Below are positions 49,101 through 61,700 of a stretch of DNA of 64,000 nt, piece by piece. Positions within the stretch are counted from its first letter, which is position 1; every line of letters begins with the position of its first letter. This DNA comes from Phoronis australis (Eukaryota; Animalia; Phoronida): positions 564,700 to 628,699 of the forward strand of contig NMRA01000007.1 in the NCBI GenBank assembly GCA_002633005.1. The letters run 5' to 3'. Under the pieces are notes generated by a model. It had not been told where the DNA came from, did not search any database, and saw only the letters and a program-made list of their open reading frames with translations. A program made the translations under genes and the position numbers.

Positions 49101-49684
49101 TCCGATATCCAGCTCGTGATACCCGATTGGAAGGATTTATCAAGCTGTGAAGTATTGCAACAAACATTAACGGTGTTTCATCGTATTAGATCTGCCCATT
49201 AGATTTAATAAGACATGAAACAACAACAACGATAGATATGCATGAACATTGTACAAGCCTGGCGAACAGTTGGGTGCATTATCGTCATCAGGTTTAGATT
49301 AGTTTAAACACACCATTGTATCGCAGATATACTGGAATCTGTAATATCCCCCGTTAATATTAAAAGCCAAGAGGTGAAATGTGTGTATTTTTAGTTTGCA
49401 ATGTCAGAATGTACACGTGTGTGTTTACCTGTGCAATACTTGTTCGCGTGCTCCTTTGTAACAAGACTTCCTGCGGACGTCAGCGAGGAGTGGTTAGCGT
49501 CTTTGTGAATCCGCAAATGGCGATGCCAAGACTCAATGTCATTGATTCGTTTACATTATCAGATTGAAAAAGACATTATTATCATTGAAAGCGGCAATAA
49601 TTCCACGATCCGTTAAAGAAACTATATCTTGACTTAGACTGCAGTTACCGCTATAAAACTGGTAACAACTTCTTCCTTACCGGT

Positions 49685-52583
49685 ACTCAGATGAGACGTG
49701 ATTTCTGGGTACAGTTCAGTAACGGTAGGACCTCGCTAAAAAGGAAGATTTCGCGAGATTACGTGAGATGTTGAAGTGTATTTTAACTGAGAACGCGTAA
49801 TTTTGGGTTGATTTTAGCGTATTCTTAGCGTAGGTCCTAGCGTCCCTGAGCTCTACCTAAGTCTTGCAAAGAACTGACAGTTTGTCGTTGCTCAAGACAA
49901 TGCCTAGCGAATAAAATGACACGCAGTGTTACGTCATCTCGTAGCGATTGGTTTCAACCATTCACGAGTCATCAGTTATATACAGTTTCAAGCCTGGAAA
50001 TAATACTTATTTTGACAACTTGAGACCAGTGGCGGATTTAGAGGGGGGCCAAGGGGGCCATGGCCTCTCCTAAAATTCTCCCAGATTCCATTTGGCAGTG
50101 CGGGAGTGCGAATGTCTCACGGACAAAACCCTGGCTAATACTCTGGATCCGCCCTTGGAGACCTACTTCATGAAGGTATAATGGTCTAAATCAAAAGTTT
50201 TGACAGACGGTTGGTTTGCAGCCGCTTTAACGATCTTGATGTAATGTCATCATCAAAAAGCTACCCACACACATGTTAATTTGGTTAGGCATCGATTTTT
50301 CATCACTGAATACACGAGTCCAAAATTCTTAAGAAGGGTTTTCCTCTCAGGATTGTTAGTGGCAAAAAAAATTTCTTGAAACTAATATTGTAGTTTTCTT
50401 GGTAGTATTAAAATTACTCCGACACAAGTTCCTTCTGAGGGTGTTAATCTAACACGACAGAACAGACTATTATTGGGGAATCAGTTTATTGTACGAAATT
50501 CCATCCGTACCCTCGTTAGCAATGCCTCCATACATTAATTCAAATATATTCTTTGGAAAAGAAGAAAGGTTTAAACTTGATTTTAGGATACTAATAGGAA
50601 ACAGATCTTACATTGTGCGGTATCTTTCCCATTTAGATAGTTGAGATTCATGCCAACGCTAAAATATTAATTCAGTTATTATAAATCTATTTAAATATAA
50701 CTAAAAAATATATATTTTTAAAATGGAATAGCTTCTTGTTGTTTTCACTCGGATAATATGTGCGTGATCGCGTGTGCGCGTGCGTGCGTGGATAGATTTT
50801 CGTTTGGTCATATCTGTACGGATTGTAGACAGCATATTAGCAACTCCAATACGCGAGTCTATGGTTTCGCCACCACCTTGATTAGATAGAGAAAACACAC
50901 CAATACACGAGTCCACGGTTTTGAGGTGAGCATGCGTAGCGCGTGCGTACTCCCGTGGTGGAGAACTAGGTAGACTGAATAAGTCGATTGTTCTTTACCA
51001 ATGCTCCATGGGGACTCGACAATAAAACGCAGATTTCTCTTTAAAAATGCAATTGAATGAGCGTTTGTTAAAACATTATTGCCTACAACGCGTGAATACT
51101 CTGGGTTGTTTGGACACAGTCCAATATTTANACTCAGATGAGACGTGATTTCTGGGTACAGTTCAGTGTAACGGTAGGACCTCGCTAAAAAGGAAGATTT
51201 CGCGAGATTACGTGAGATGTTGAAGTGTATTTTAACTGAGAACGCGTAATTTTGGGGTGATTTTAGCGTATTCTTAGCGTAGGTCCTAGCGTCCCTGAGC
51301 TCTACCTAAGTCTTGCAAAGAACTGACAGTTTGTCGTTGCTCAAGACAATGCCTAGCGAATAAAATGACACGCAGTGTTACGTCATCTCGTAGCGATTGG
51401 TTTCAGCCATTCACGAGTCATCAGTTATTTACAGTTTCAAGCCTGGAAATAATACTTATTTTGACAACTTGAGACCAGTGGCGGATTTAGAGGGGGGCCA
51501 AGGGGGCCATGGCCTCTCCTAAAATTCTCCCAGATTCCAATTGGCAGTGCGGGAGTGCGAATGTCTCACGGACAAAACCCTGGCTAATACTCTGGATCCG
51601 CCCTTGGAGACCTACTTCATGAAGGTATAATGGTCTAAATCAAAAGTTTTGACAGACGGTTGGTTTGCAGCCGCTTTAACGATCTTGATATAATGTCATC
51701 ATCAAAAAGCTACCCACACACATGTTAATTTGGTTAGGCATCGATTTTTCATCACTGAATACACGAGTCCAAAATTCTTAAGAAGGGTTTTCCTCTCAGG
51801 ATTGTTAGTGGCAAAAAAATTTTCTTGAAACTAACCTTGTAGTTTTCTTGGTAGTATTAAAGTTACTCCGACACAGGTTCCTTCTGAGGGTGTTAATCTA
51901 ACACGACAGAGCAGACTATTATTGGGGAATCAGTTTATTGTACGAAATTCCATCCGTACCCTCGTTAGCAATGCCTCCATACATTAATTGAAACTGATAT
52001 ATTCTTTGGAAAAGAAGAAAGGTTTAAACTTGATTTTAGGATACTAATAGGAAACAGATCTTACATTGTGCGGTATCTTTCCCATTTAGATAATTGAGAT
52101 TCATGCCAACGCTAAAATATTAATTCAGTTATTATAAATCTATTTAAATATAACTAAAAAATATATATTTTTAAAATGGAATAGCTTCTTGTTGTTCTCA
52201 CTCGGATAATATGTGCGTGATCGCGTGTGCGCGTGCGTGCGTGGATAGATTTTCGTTTGGTCATATCTGTACGGATTGTAGACAGCAGATTAGCAACTCC
52301 AATACGCGAGTCTATGGTTTCGCCACCACCTTGATTAGATAGAGAAAACACACCAATACACGAGTCCACGGTTTTGAGGTGAGCATGCGTAGCGTGTGCG
52401 TACTCCCGTGGTGGAGAACTAGGTAGACTGAATAAGTTGATTGTACTTTACCAATGCTCCATGGGGACTGGACAATAAAACGCAGTTTTCTCTTTAAAAA
52501 TGCAATTGAATGAGCGTTTGTTAAAACATTATTGTCTACAACGTGTGAATACTCTGGGTTGTTTGGACAAAGTCCAATATTTA
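49685..52583. repeat. ~1.45-kb direct duplication across single N at 51131; probable allelic overlap
   Basis: 49685-51130 vs 51132-52583, near-identical with SNPs and small indels. Confidence 0.88.
50027..50157. mobile_element. hAT-like MITE, 5-bp TSD GAGAC (duplicate at 51476-51606)
   Basis: CAGTGGCGGATTTAG ... CTGGATCCGCCCTTG with GAGAC on both sides. Confidence 0.85.
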
Positions 52584-54077
52584 TAGTTTATGGTGTGTAT
52601 GGACGTGCTTTTGGGAGTTTTGTCGCAGTGACAATTCAAATATAAACATCCACGTTAATCTTCGTCTTGTTACTACATTAATACTACCTCTCACGACATG
52701 TGAAAGCTTGTTTCCCAGTTTAATTACGTTGTGCAATTCACAGTAAGATTAATTTAAAAATATACAGAGTATTCACAAAATATTTCAAAATTTGAGTTCT
52801 GAGAACTTGTTTTTGGAGGGAACCAATGACGTTTTTCTTGTAATAGAATCCTAAAGTTAATTTTACTGAGGGTTGAAGTTTCAGGAATGTCTCAGATGAC
52901 AGTTACTGCAGAGAACAAAGTTTTACGAACGCAAACAGTCGCCATATCGAGGTTTTGTAACACAACTGAAGCGCCAAGGCGGAGAACATTAGCGGTAGTA
53001 CTTGAATGAGATAGTGTATGGAGCATGCGCACACTGTAAGAGAGTCAACGTTACGGTCTGAAAAAAATCATTCGTCGTTTCTCAGCAATTTCAGTCAATT
53101 GTGACATTTATCCTAACTTCTGTGCCTTGCAAAACAAAATTTGGGATTCCAGGAATACTGACAATGTAACATAAAAACATTAGTTCCTAGTAAAATCGGA
53201 ACCCCTCAGTTTGATTCAACGCAGCTTTGAAAGTTTTTGATATGGCAAGTGAAGTACTACAAAGTTGTAAAGACTGCCATAGTCATATCTGGCTGAACCT
53301 GCGCGAATGTTTCCAGCTCCGTTGTACATGTAGCTTTGTTATTAATAAACGTCTAACTATTTAGCACTCAATTACGCAGGTTCAAAAGCCACAATTATTC
53401 GTTACCCTTAACAAGCGTTAATTTGGCCTCTTTATCTAAATACTGACATTTGTGGGACAATTACAAGTGCGCGACTTAAGGTTCGTATTGATTAACCTAT
53501 CGGTTTGTAATCGAATTCTAAAGCTAATAAAATGTGTCATTCTAGCATTCTGTTAGACTTTAATTTGGCGCGTCGTTGAATACTTCGACTCTATCGATCC
53601 TTAGGGTGACATTAAGAAATGCTATTAACGAAGGTTAAAACACAGGCTCAAATGTTTATTCAAAGCCAGGAAGGAGTTTCTGCCTTGCACAGATTGAAGA
53701 AACTAGGCATTGTTCACAACCCAATCGTTGTAAAATCAAACGACATAGTGTTGATAACACAAAATTCCGGGAAATAGAATTCGATTCCTTTAAGGAGGGT
53801 TGGTTACCCAATCCAAATCTACACATATTTTTAAGATGAGCGAATTTTTTCATTGCATGACAAATATATCATACAAAGAACATTACGCAACCGTTTTTCC
53901 CTCGCAACGAACACCGGCAGATTAACCCTTTCCCTGGGTCCCGTTCACCAGCCCCGGGTGTGTATGCATGTATGAAAGTTACAAAACAACGATTTTACAC
54001 AGTATCCAGTAGCTCTTCTGTGAGTAATAAACAAGTTCGTTTAATTGTTAGCGGTCCTGCAAGTAGAGTTTCCATCT

Positions 54078-55718
54078 ATTAATTTATAATTAATTTATAT
54101 ATTTATTCACTCATTAAACTGGCCGTTATCGAACGGTGTCTATTTCATTTTTTACTCCAAAGTGGGAATGCTCAACCGATTTACTTTTTGATTGTAAAAA
54201 TAAACCGTTACTAAACAATCTGTATGGGTCAGTTAACTGTAAATAATAGATTGGTCGCAAACACGTTGCCATGACTAAAATAATCTCTAGTCTCTTTCGT
54301 TTTTGTCCACCATAAGCAAATTATGATAGGCCTCCTCATATTGACCAAAAAGTCGTGGTCTTGGCCTTAAGAAAACGTGACTGTCAACGGACGATTTTTA
54401 ATTTGGACGAGTTATGGCCAAGTAAATAGCATTGATAATGGCATGAATGACAGAATAAAGGATCAAAGAACATCAAAAAGGACAAAGTTTATTGGCATGA
54501 GAGTACGAACTTATTAGGCTTTCTGGACCGGGATTTTTATGATCATTGTAAGCTCGAAATTATTTTTTTTGACATTTCCATTCTAGATGGTTTGTATTAT
54601 TCTGTGCTCGAGTACACCTTGGTTTAAGCAAATGGCTGTCTAACCTCACCTTGCTCTTGATGGCCCCAACATTAATGCTATAAGTTCAAGTCTGGACTCA
54701 AAATCTCCAGTTTCACTCGAATTTGTAGCTCGAATCCAGGGGTCGTGCGAACCTGCACAAGAAACTCGCTTGCGTAATAAATATACTCGACTAGAATAGA
54801 ATAATAGACAGCTTTCTCGAGTCGTATGAAGCAGAACGGAAAATGTCATAAATATTTTCAATCTCTGTTTCAACTACAAAGATTAAACGTCTGACCCAGG
54901 TTTTTAGCATATTTTTNATTGATTTATAATAAATTTATATATTTAATCACTCATTTAACTGGCCGTCATCGAACGGTGTCTATTTCATTTTTTACTCCCA
55001 AGCGGGAATGCTTAACCGATTTACTTTTTGATTGTAAAAATAAACCGTTACTAAACAATCTGTATGGGTCAGTTAACTGTAAATAATAGCTTGGACGCAA
55101 ACACGTTGCCATGACTAAAATTATCTCTAGTCTCTTTCGTTTTTTGTCCAACATAAGCAAATTATGATAGGCCTCCTCATATTTATCAAAACGTCGTGAT
55201 CGGACGATTTTTAATTTTTGACGAGTTATGGCCAAGTAAATAGCTTTGATAATGGCATGAATGACAGAATAAAGGATCAAAGAACATCAAAAAGGACAAA
55301 GTTTATTGGCATGAGAGTACGAACTTATTAGGCTTTCTGGACCGGGATTTTTATGATCATTGTAAGCTCGAAGTTATTTTTTAACATTTCCATTCTAGAT
55401 GGTTTGCATTATTCTGTGCTCGAGTATACCTTGGTTTAAGCAAATGGCAGACTAACCTCACCTTGCACTTTATGACCCCAACATTGATGTTATAAGTTCA
55501 AGTCTGGACTCAAAATCTCAGGTTTCACTCGAATTTGTAGCTCGAATCCAGGGGTCATGCGAACTTGCCCAAGAAATTCGCTTGCGTAATAAATAATATA
55601 CTCGACTAGAATAGAATAATAGACAGCTTTCTCGAGTCGTATGAAGCAGAACGGAAAATGTCACAACATGTTTCAACTACAAAGATTAAACGTCTGACCC
55701 AGGTTTTTAGCATATTTT
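54078..55718. repeat. ~0.8-kb direct duplication across single N at 54917
   Basis: 54078-54916 vs 54918-55718; more SNPs and indels than the other N-joined pairs. Confidence 0.82.
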
Positions 55719-58700
55719 TACTCAAAAGTATCACCAACTCACGTCGATAACTATCGGTTGGTAAGTAATCCGTGCAATAGGGATTCAATTGCCAACCCTA
55801 CCCCTCCTCGAAGGGTTTGTGTGGCAACTACCGTCTAACGAACAACTAGGGGGTGGCTTATCTAATCTGCCAAACCTCGTTTCAAGATAAAGCCTTTCTT
55901 ATTTTGACCGACATAGAATTAGATCAATTGAAAATATGTATGAGTACCCCCTGGATCACGCTGCCAGAACTGGAACTGAATAGACAAGGGGTGAACGGGT
56001 GTTAGTAGCCTACTAAGGTAGCTGAAATCCATAGACGCAAGCTTCAAATTCCCTCTTTCCCAGCCAAATCAAAGAATAGGGAAAACAAATGAAGTTCATA
56101 TTTTAAATATGACAACAACAGCATACCAATGTTCTCGGTTCCAAATGAGCACGTTCATCACTGGTGCCTTGCTTATTATTGCGGTAACATACACTGTATG
56201 CTTAGGCAATGGAACGAGGTAGCGCCACGCGTGAGGGCGCTCCGAAAAGCTGAATGCAAATTTGTCGCTAAAGCAGGAAGCTGTCTTCCTGCTAAAAGCC
56301 AGTTTCGAGTTGGGAACGCATGGGGCATGAACGTTAGAATGTCAGAGTAGGGTAAACAAAACAATTTTTATACTGCTCACTATGGAGACCCAATAATAAC
56401 ATGCACGTTTTTCTTAAAATAACGAGTAATTGACGGAAACAGCGCTTAATAATAATTGTTTGACATCACTGCATGAACTTTCAGATTGTGCATGAAGTTA
56501 GCTCTTAACCCTCGGATCTAGGCTTTCCTAGTGATGATAAATAATAACATGTAACTGTTATGGTAAGGTTCTCATACAATTGCAATGATACAAAGCCATG
56601 TTTTTGTTTGTATCGATAGCTAATTGTCAGTATGAACACTGACCCTGGGATGGACCTCATAAAAATGTGGTTGACCTTGGAAATTATAGAATTGTTACCC
56701 GTCGGATATCATCGGCATTTTCGAATGCGTTTCAAAATTGAGCGTACCTAATTTTTTAGAGTGAAAAACGAGCGCGAGACAATCCTGAATCTTAAATTTT
56801 AATCAATTTGACGATAAAACTTAAATTTGTCTCTCAAGTCCTTTTCAAGAAAGTGATCTTAGGTTTGACTTAAATTTTGTCCTAATTTTCTACTATCTTA
56901 CCGGATTTGGAAGTTTCAAAGTTGAGAAAAATCTTAGACTTAAGTAAAATTTTACCTTAAGCCGGTTTCTTGGAACGGGCCGCAGGACTATGAATGTCCA
57001 AAACATTAGATAACAAAAACTGATTGCATAGCTACACGTTGATAAGCTAGAATCCACTACTTCCGAGTATTTGATTGGGGCAATTCAGTGCGTCTACACA
57101 ACACTGATGTACATGTAAATTAACACACAATTGCGTGCCAGGGATCATATATTCAAATTTTAGAAGAACAAGGAATAGCCCTATCTTGGCATTATCTCAT
57201 AGAACAATTTTTATACCAAATAGTTTGTTAATGCAGCTAAATTCTGGCTAAAATGACGTAATAGGCGATAATGAAGCACGACAAAAATGCGTTAAGTATT
57301 AGTTGACTAGAATCATTCGATGAACACTTGTTCAGCCTTCTTCATCATAACACTTCGCTTTGCTCACAGAAATGAATGTGTATTCCTTTTGCTTTTGATT
57401 TTTTTTTTGCAAAATGGAGGCTGATGACCCTCTACTTCCCCGGATGTGGAACCACGTGACCTTCAGGTAACGCCTTATTCGCATGTTCACTTTGTCCAGG
57501 ATCAGAGCTTTAGCTGTTCAGGCATGATGTCCAACAAGACTGTACTCTGGTAATTGGTTACTCCCAAAAACTACATAAGTTCATGCGCGCACCCAGCCTA
57601 GAAATTTTTGAGAATGTTACCTCTTACTAAGATTCACGGGGTAGGTTCAGAGCTATCAATTGTGCATTCGCCGAGAACCNGGTGCGCCCATGAAGTTGGC
57701 AATTGTAATTATCCGGTTTTAAAATTAGTGAATTTGCCCATTTAGGAAAGAGAGTTCTGTATAATTATGCCGCTAAAATCACTCCTTTTCGCAAGAGATT
57801 TCAATTTATCAGACAAAAACTGGAAACATTACATTCTTTTGAAATACAATTCCGGGTTTACGCTTAAAAATCAATAAAATGTAACATAAATGTCAAGCCA
57901 TTTTTGGAAGACAGGGGATGAATGCAAACCCATCCAACTGAAAACCCGACATCGCTTGGGAAATGTTCAAATCGTCTCGCACGCCAATCCAACACCCATT
58001 TCAACCCAAATGTTTTCTATTCGTGAGAGGTTACTCCTCCAATGCGTTTCGACTCTTCAGTTACACCCGGCTTTTTTCACGTAAGCTAAATCAACAGTTT
58101 TCACCGTGCCTAGGCAGAGAAATGGCTGATGATGTCGCCGCCTCGATTTCCGATAGCTTAATAGGCGTTTTGTAACGAAACCACAAAAACACAGCAGGTT
58201 TAATTTTACACCTCTGGTCAGAGCTAATGTCAATTATACCCAAAAATAACCTCTTCTGACAGTAAATGCATTTTGGCCGTAAATCGATTATGGTCCTGCC
58301 AGCGAGAAAAGTGATTTTCTGAAACCGTGCTCAGCATGAATTCCAACTATGCCTACACTTAATTGTTCAATAAGGTTTGGTTAAACATAAATGCTACATG
58401 TGAAGATTTTGTTATCTTCAGGGTTGGCCCTCAGATGCTTCATATAATTACAAACTAATTATACAATCATAGTCTATACTGCATGGTCCGCTAACTCTAT
58501 ATTCCCAATGCACAAGATTTCGTTGTGTAACGCGACTTAATCATTTGTTTCTTTTTTTGTACTTTGAGCCCGTGGCCTTGTGGGCATTGATTATCGATGG
58601 AACATTTTTGCGTGATTAGATCTCAGTTGATTCGGGTCGCTTGTACAAACATTATATAAAAGTTATTTATCATCGTGTCCCTTCCTCGCTGGAATGCAGC

Positions 58701-61700
58701 CCATGGACAGAGTTCAGTTAGGATGGCATGGTACCAGTGTGAGCCAAGATAACCTTACCATAGACAATGCTATTATTTGAGAGAAATTATTTGTTTGTAA
58801 ACACTGGTACGGTTCACTATTTTTTATGTAAAACAACTGACTTTAAAGACAACTTGGTAGACAGCAAATTATTTCGCTACGCGGAACATTATGCCTTCGC
58901 GTTTGCACAGCGGCAGTCCAGACATTACGTGTACAACTCCCAAATAAGGACATGCGGAATAAGAATGAATACGGTAACGTATAGTTGAAAAACCTTATGT
59001 TCATTGCCATTCAGTCCATCACAAGCTGTGCACTCAGGTTTTTTAAACGTGATGGGGAAAAGCCTTCCGCTTTTCTAAGTAATCCTTTAAAATAGTAGTG
59101 GACTATCTTATCTATTAAAATTATTCAGTGAAATCCAAGTTAAGTCGAAGATAATTTGTAAACTGGCGATTTTTCTTCCACGACATAGAAAATTTATTTT
59201 AGAAATCTAAAACAATTTCAAAAATCAACTCTCCGGGAAATAGTATGTCGAATATTGTGCGATCATAGGAAACTCCAAATTTACCAGAATATTTTTTCGG
59301 GTATTTATTATCATTTATAAAAAAGTACAAAATAACAAACCAACAAGTAACTACATCCATTCATTCACGAATGCGCACGTCAGGAGAGACCATTTTCGTA
59401 ATTCGTATAAAGTAAACAGCTTCTACATGGAGTTAACTTGAACAATGAAATTTTCCCATTTCGCAGAGAAGCTATCATATACAAAGTTTTTATATAAAAT
59501 CAATTTTTCAGCATCATAGTACTCATCAGTATATGTAACGAATGAATACCAAAATATTGCAAATGAAACAAAGTTTCTTCCCCTTTAGCCTGCATTCGGT
59601 TTTTCGTTAATTCCGTACTCGCGATTCTTGCGAGAAATGCTAGATGACACAGTCTTCGTAAAATCCTCCATGCATTACGCGCGAAACATGTGGGCACGTT
59701 AGCTTTACTCGCGAGTATCTTGTGCCCAAAAGGTAATTATGTGATTTGTCAGTTGTTCTCAAACTATTCAGTTGTAGAAAGAGCGACCGTTATTCGTTGG
59801 CACCACCTCATTGACTACAGAGTGATCGTGACGTGCAAGACGTTACGTAATTCGTTGTTAAAGGTAGAGGGTGAGTTTTTATCTCGATGCATTTTGGAAC
59901 GGGGATGCCCAATGTTGCTTCAGATAAAAACTGCCTGTGTGCTCTAATAACTGAAATTGAGAAGCATTGCGTTGTGGCATTCCACGGAAACTGATTTCGT
60001 TGTCAGACAAACCATAATAGACATAAACGAGTTTGCACGCAAACCTAATACATTTATATTTATTGACACAAAACCATGGAATCTGCTATCTGCCAACATT
60101 GTAACGAAATAAATCATGAAACAAAGCTATTAGTGTTTTACTCAAATGTAATTAGTTCTAACTTTCCTTTTCAAATAATACCATGCTTAGCTAAGCAAGT
60201 AATGTTGTTCCACGGGAGAGCGGGCACCTGATTTATAATCTCATAAGAATATGTAGGGAATTGTCTACAAAATATCTGGAAAAATATAAATTTTAACTCA
60301 GTAAAAGTATATATTTTCTGAATGTAGAAAGGTTGCAGAGTTTGATTTTTGATTTTCTAGCAACCTGTTACCGGTTGGGTCACGTGATGATGTCTTTTAG
60401 TTAAATTTAGCACAAAAGAAAAGTACATTGTTAGCAAAACAACGATATCAATCACACGATCAAATTTTAATTGACATATTAAAAACGCTGTTACAGTTTT
60501 CTAAGATATTATTTCGGTTTAATATTGATGAACTTTAAAGATATGTTTATGAAAAACAAAAAGTACAACTTATGATAGCTCCTCACACAAAAATTGAACA
60601 TTGTTAAAACAATACCGAACAGCATTTTGCGAATAGTGCAAAAAGCATTGTATCCAACAGTTTCGCATGGATCCAATAAGCCGTTTCTAAGATAAGATGT
60701 TCCAAGGTTTGCCTAATTTGTCCATTTTTATATGGTCCTACATAACCATAAACTGAATCATTACAGGTGCTCCTTCAGCTTCAGGTGAGAATTTCATATT
60801 GACGACAAACCAATCAAAGTAATGATCAAGACGCAATGTAGCCGCCGACGTAACAGAAGAGATTTGGGGTTTAAAAGTATTACCATCATGATGCCTATCC
60901 GCGCCGTCGTCAAATGAGCCGGTGACTCTATTCACAGGCAATGAGTACATAAGCCATTTTCGAATTCGGGTAATTTTAAGGTTGACCAATCCCAAATAAA
61001 CTCCGAAGTGTTTTCATGACACAGCGTTTGGAACACGCACACATAAGTCTGTGCTCACTTGAGCCTGTCGAGCCGAGTCTATCGCCTCGTCTAAAGTAAT
61101 CTCCGAGTCGTTAGACTTTTGAGTCGCTAAAGCACCTCTCCGCCTAAAAGCACCACTCCGCCTTATACACGCACTTATTTATGTCCGCGCGATTGTATAC
61201 GAAATGACGCGTTTCTCAAAAGAAAATATTATTTTGCTCATGGGTTTCACCTATAGACGCGTGCTCCTATGATTCACTTATCGGCGCCGTGGGCTAACAC
61301 TTGAGCATGCTTGTGTATAAACCGGGTGATTTCTATGTATATGCCTTTTAGCCATTCCTTGCACTCATTTCAATACACGCCATCTACCGTTTTGTTACCG
61401 AAGTCAAATTTTATACACATGCCTATTCTCATGCTACTGTTTAAAGTTGCTCCTTCATGTTTTTCTAGTGTCCCGTATATTGGGCCCAACTAAATTCTCA
61501 CTTTGCGCACTATCCCGTCAGTCTTCAGCAAAATGACTGGTTGAAAGCTGGGGAGGACAACAATGAAAACGATTTTATTTCTGACCAGAATCCGACTCCA
61601 GGATATTCAGCAAGGTAAACTCAATAGCCTTTCAGAGGCGCTCGACCGTTTATCATTTCACGCCATATATTTGACAGCAAAAGGCGCATCAGATGGAAAG

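Noticed and set aside
47750-49200. GC-richer stretch with many short ORFs, possibly a decayed retroelement
   Set aside because: No recognisable RT, RNase H, integrase or recombinase motif in the frames I read.
58043-58062. Minus-strand CTGAAGA-GTC-GAAAC hammerhead-like core
   Set aside because: No stem II or stem I can form; chance match or dead remnant.
61040-61140. Minus-strand peptide DSEITLDEAIDSARQAQVS resembling a Gypsy gag motif
   Set aside because: Too short, with no supporting gag/pol sequence or LTRs nearby.
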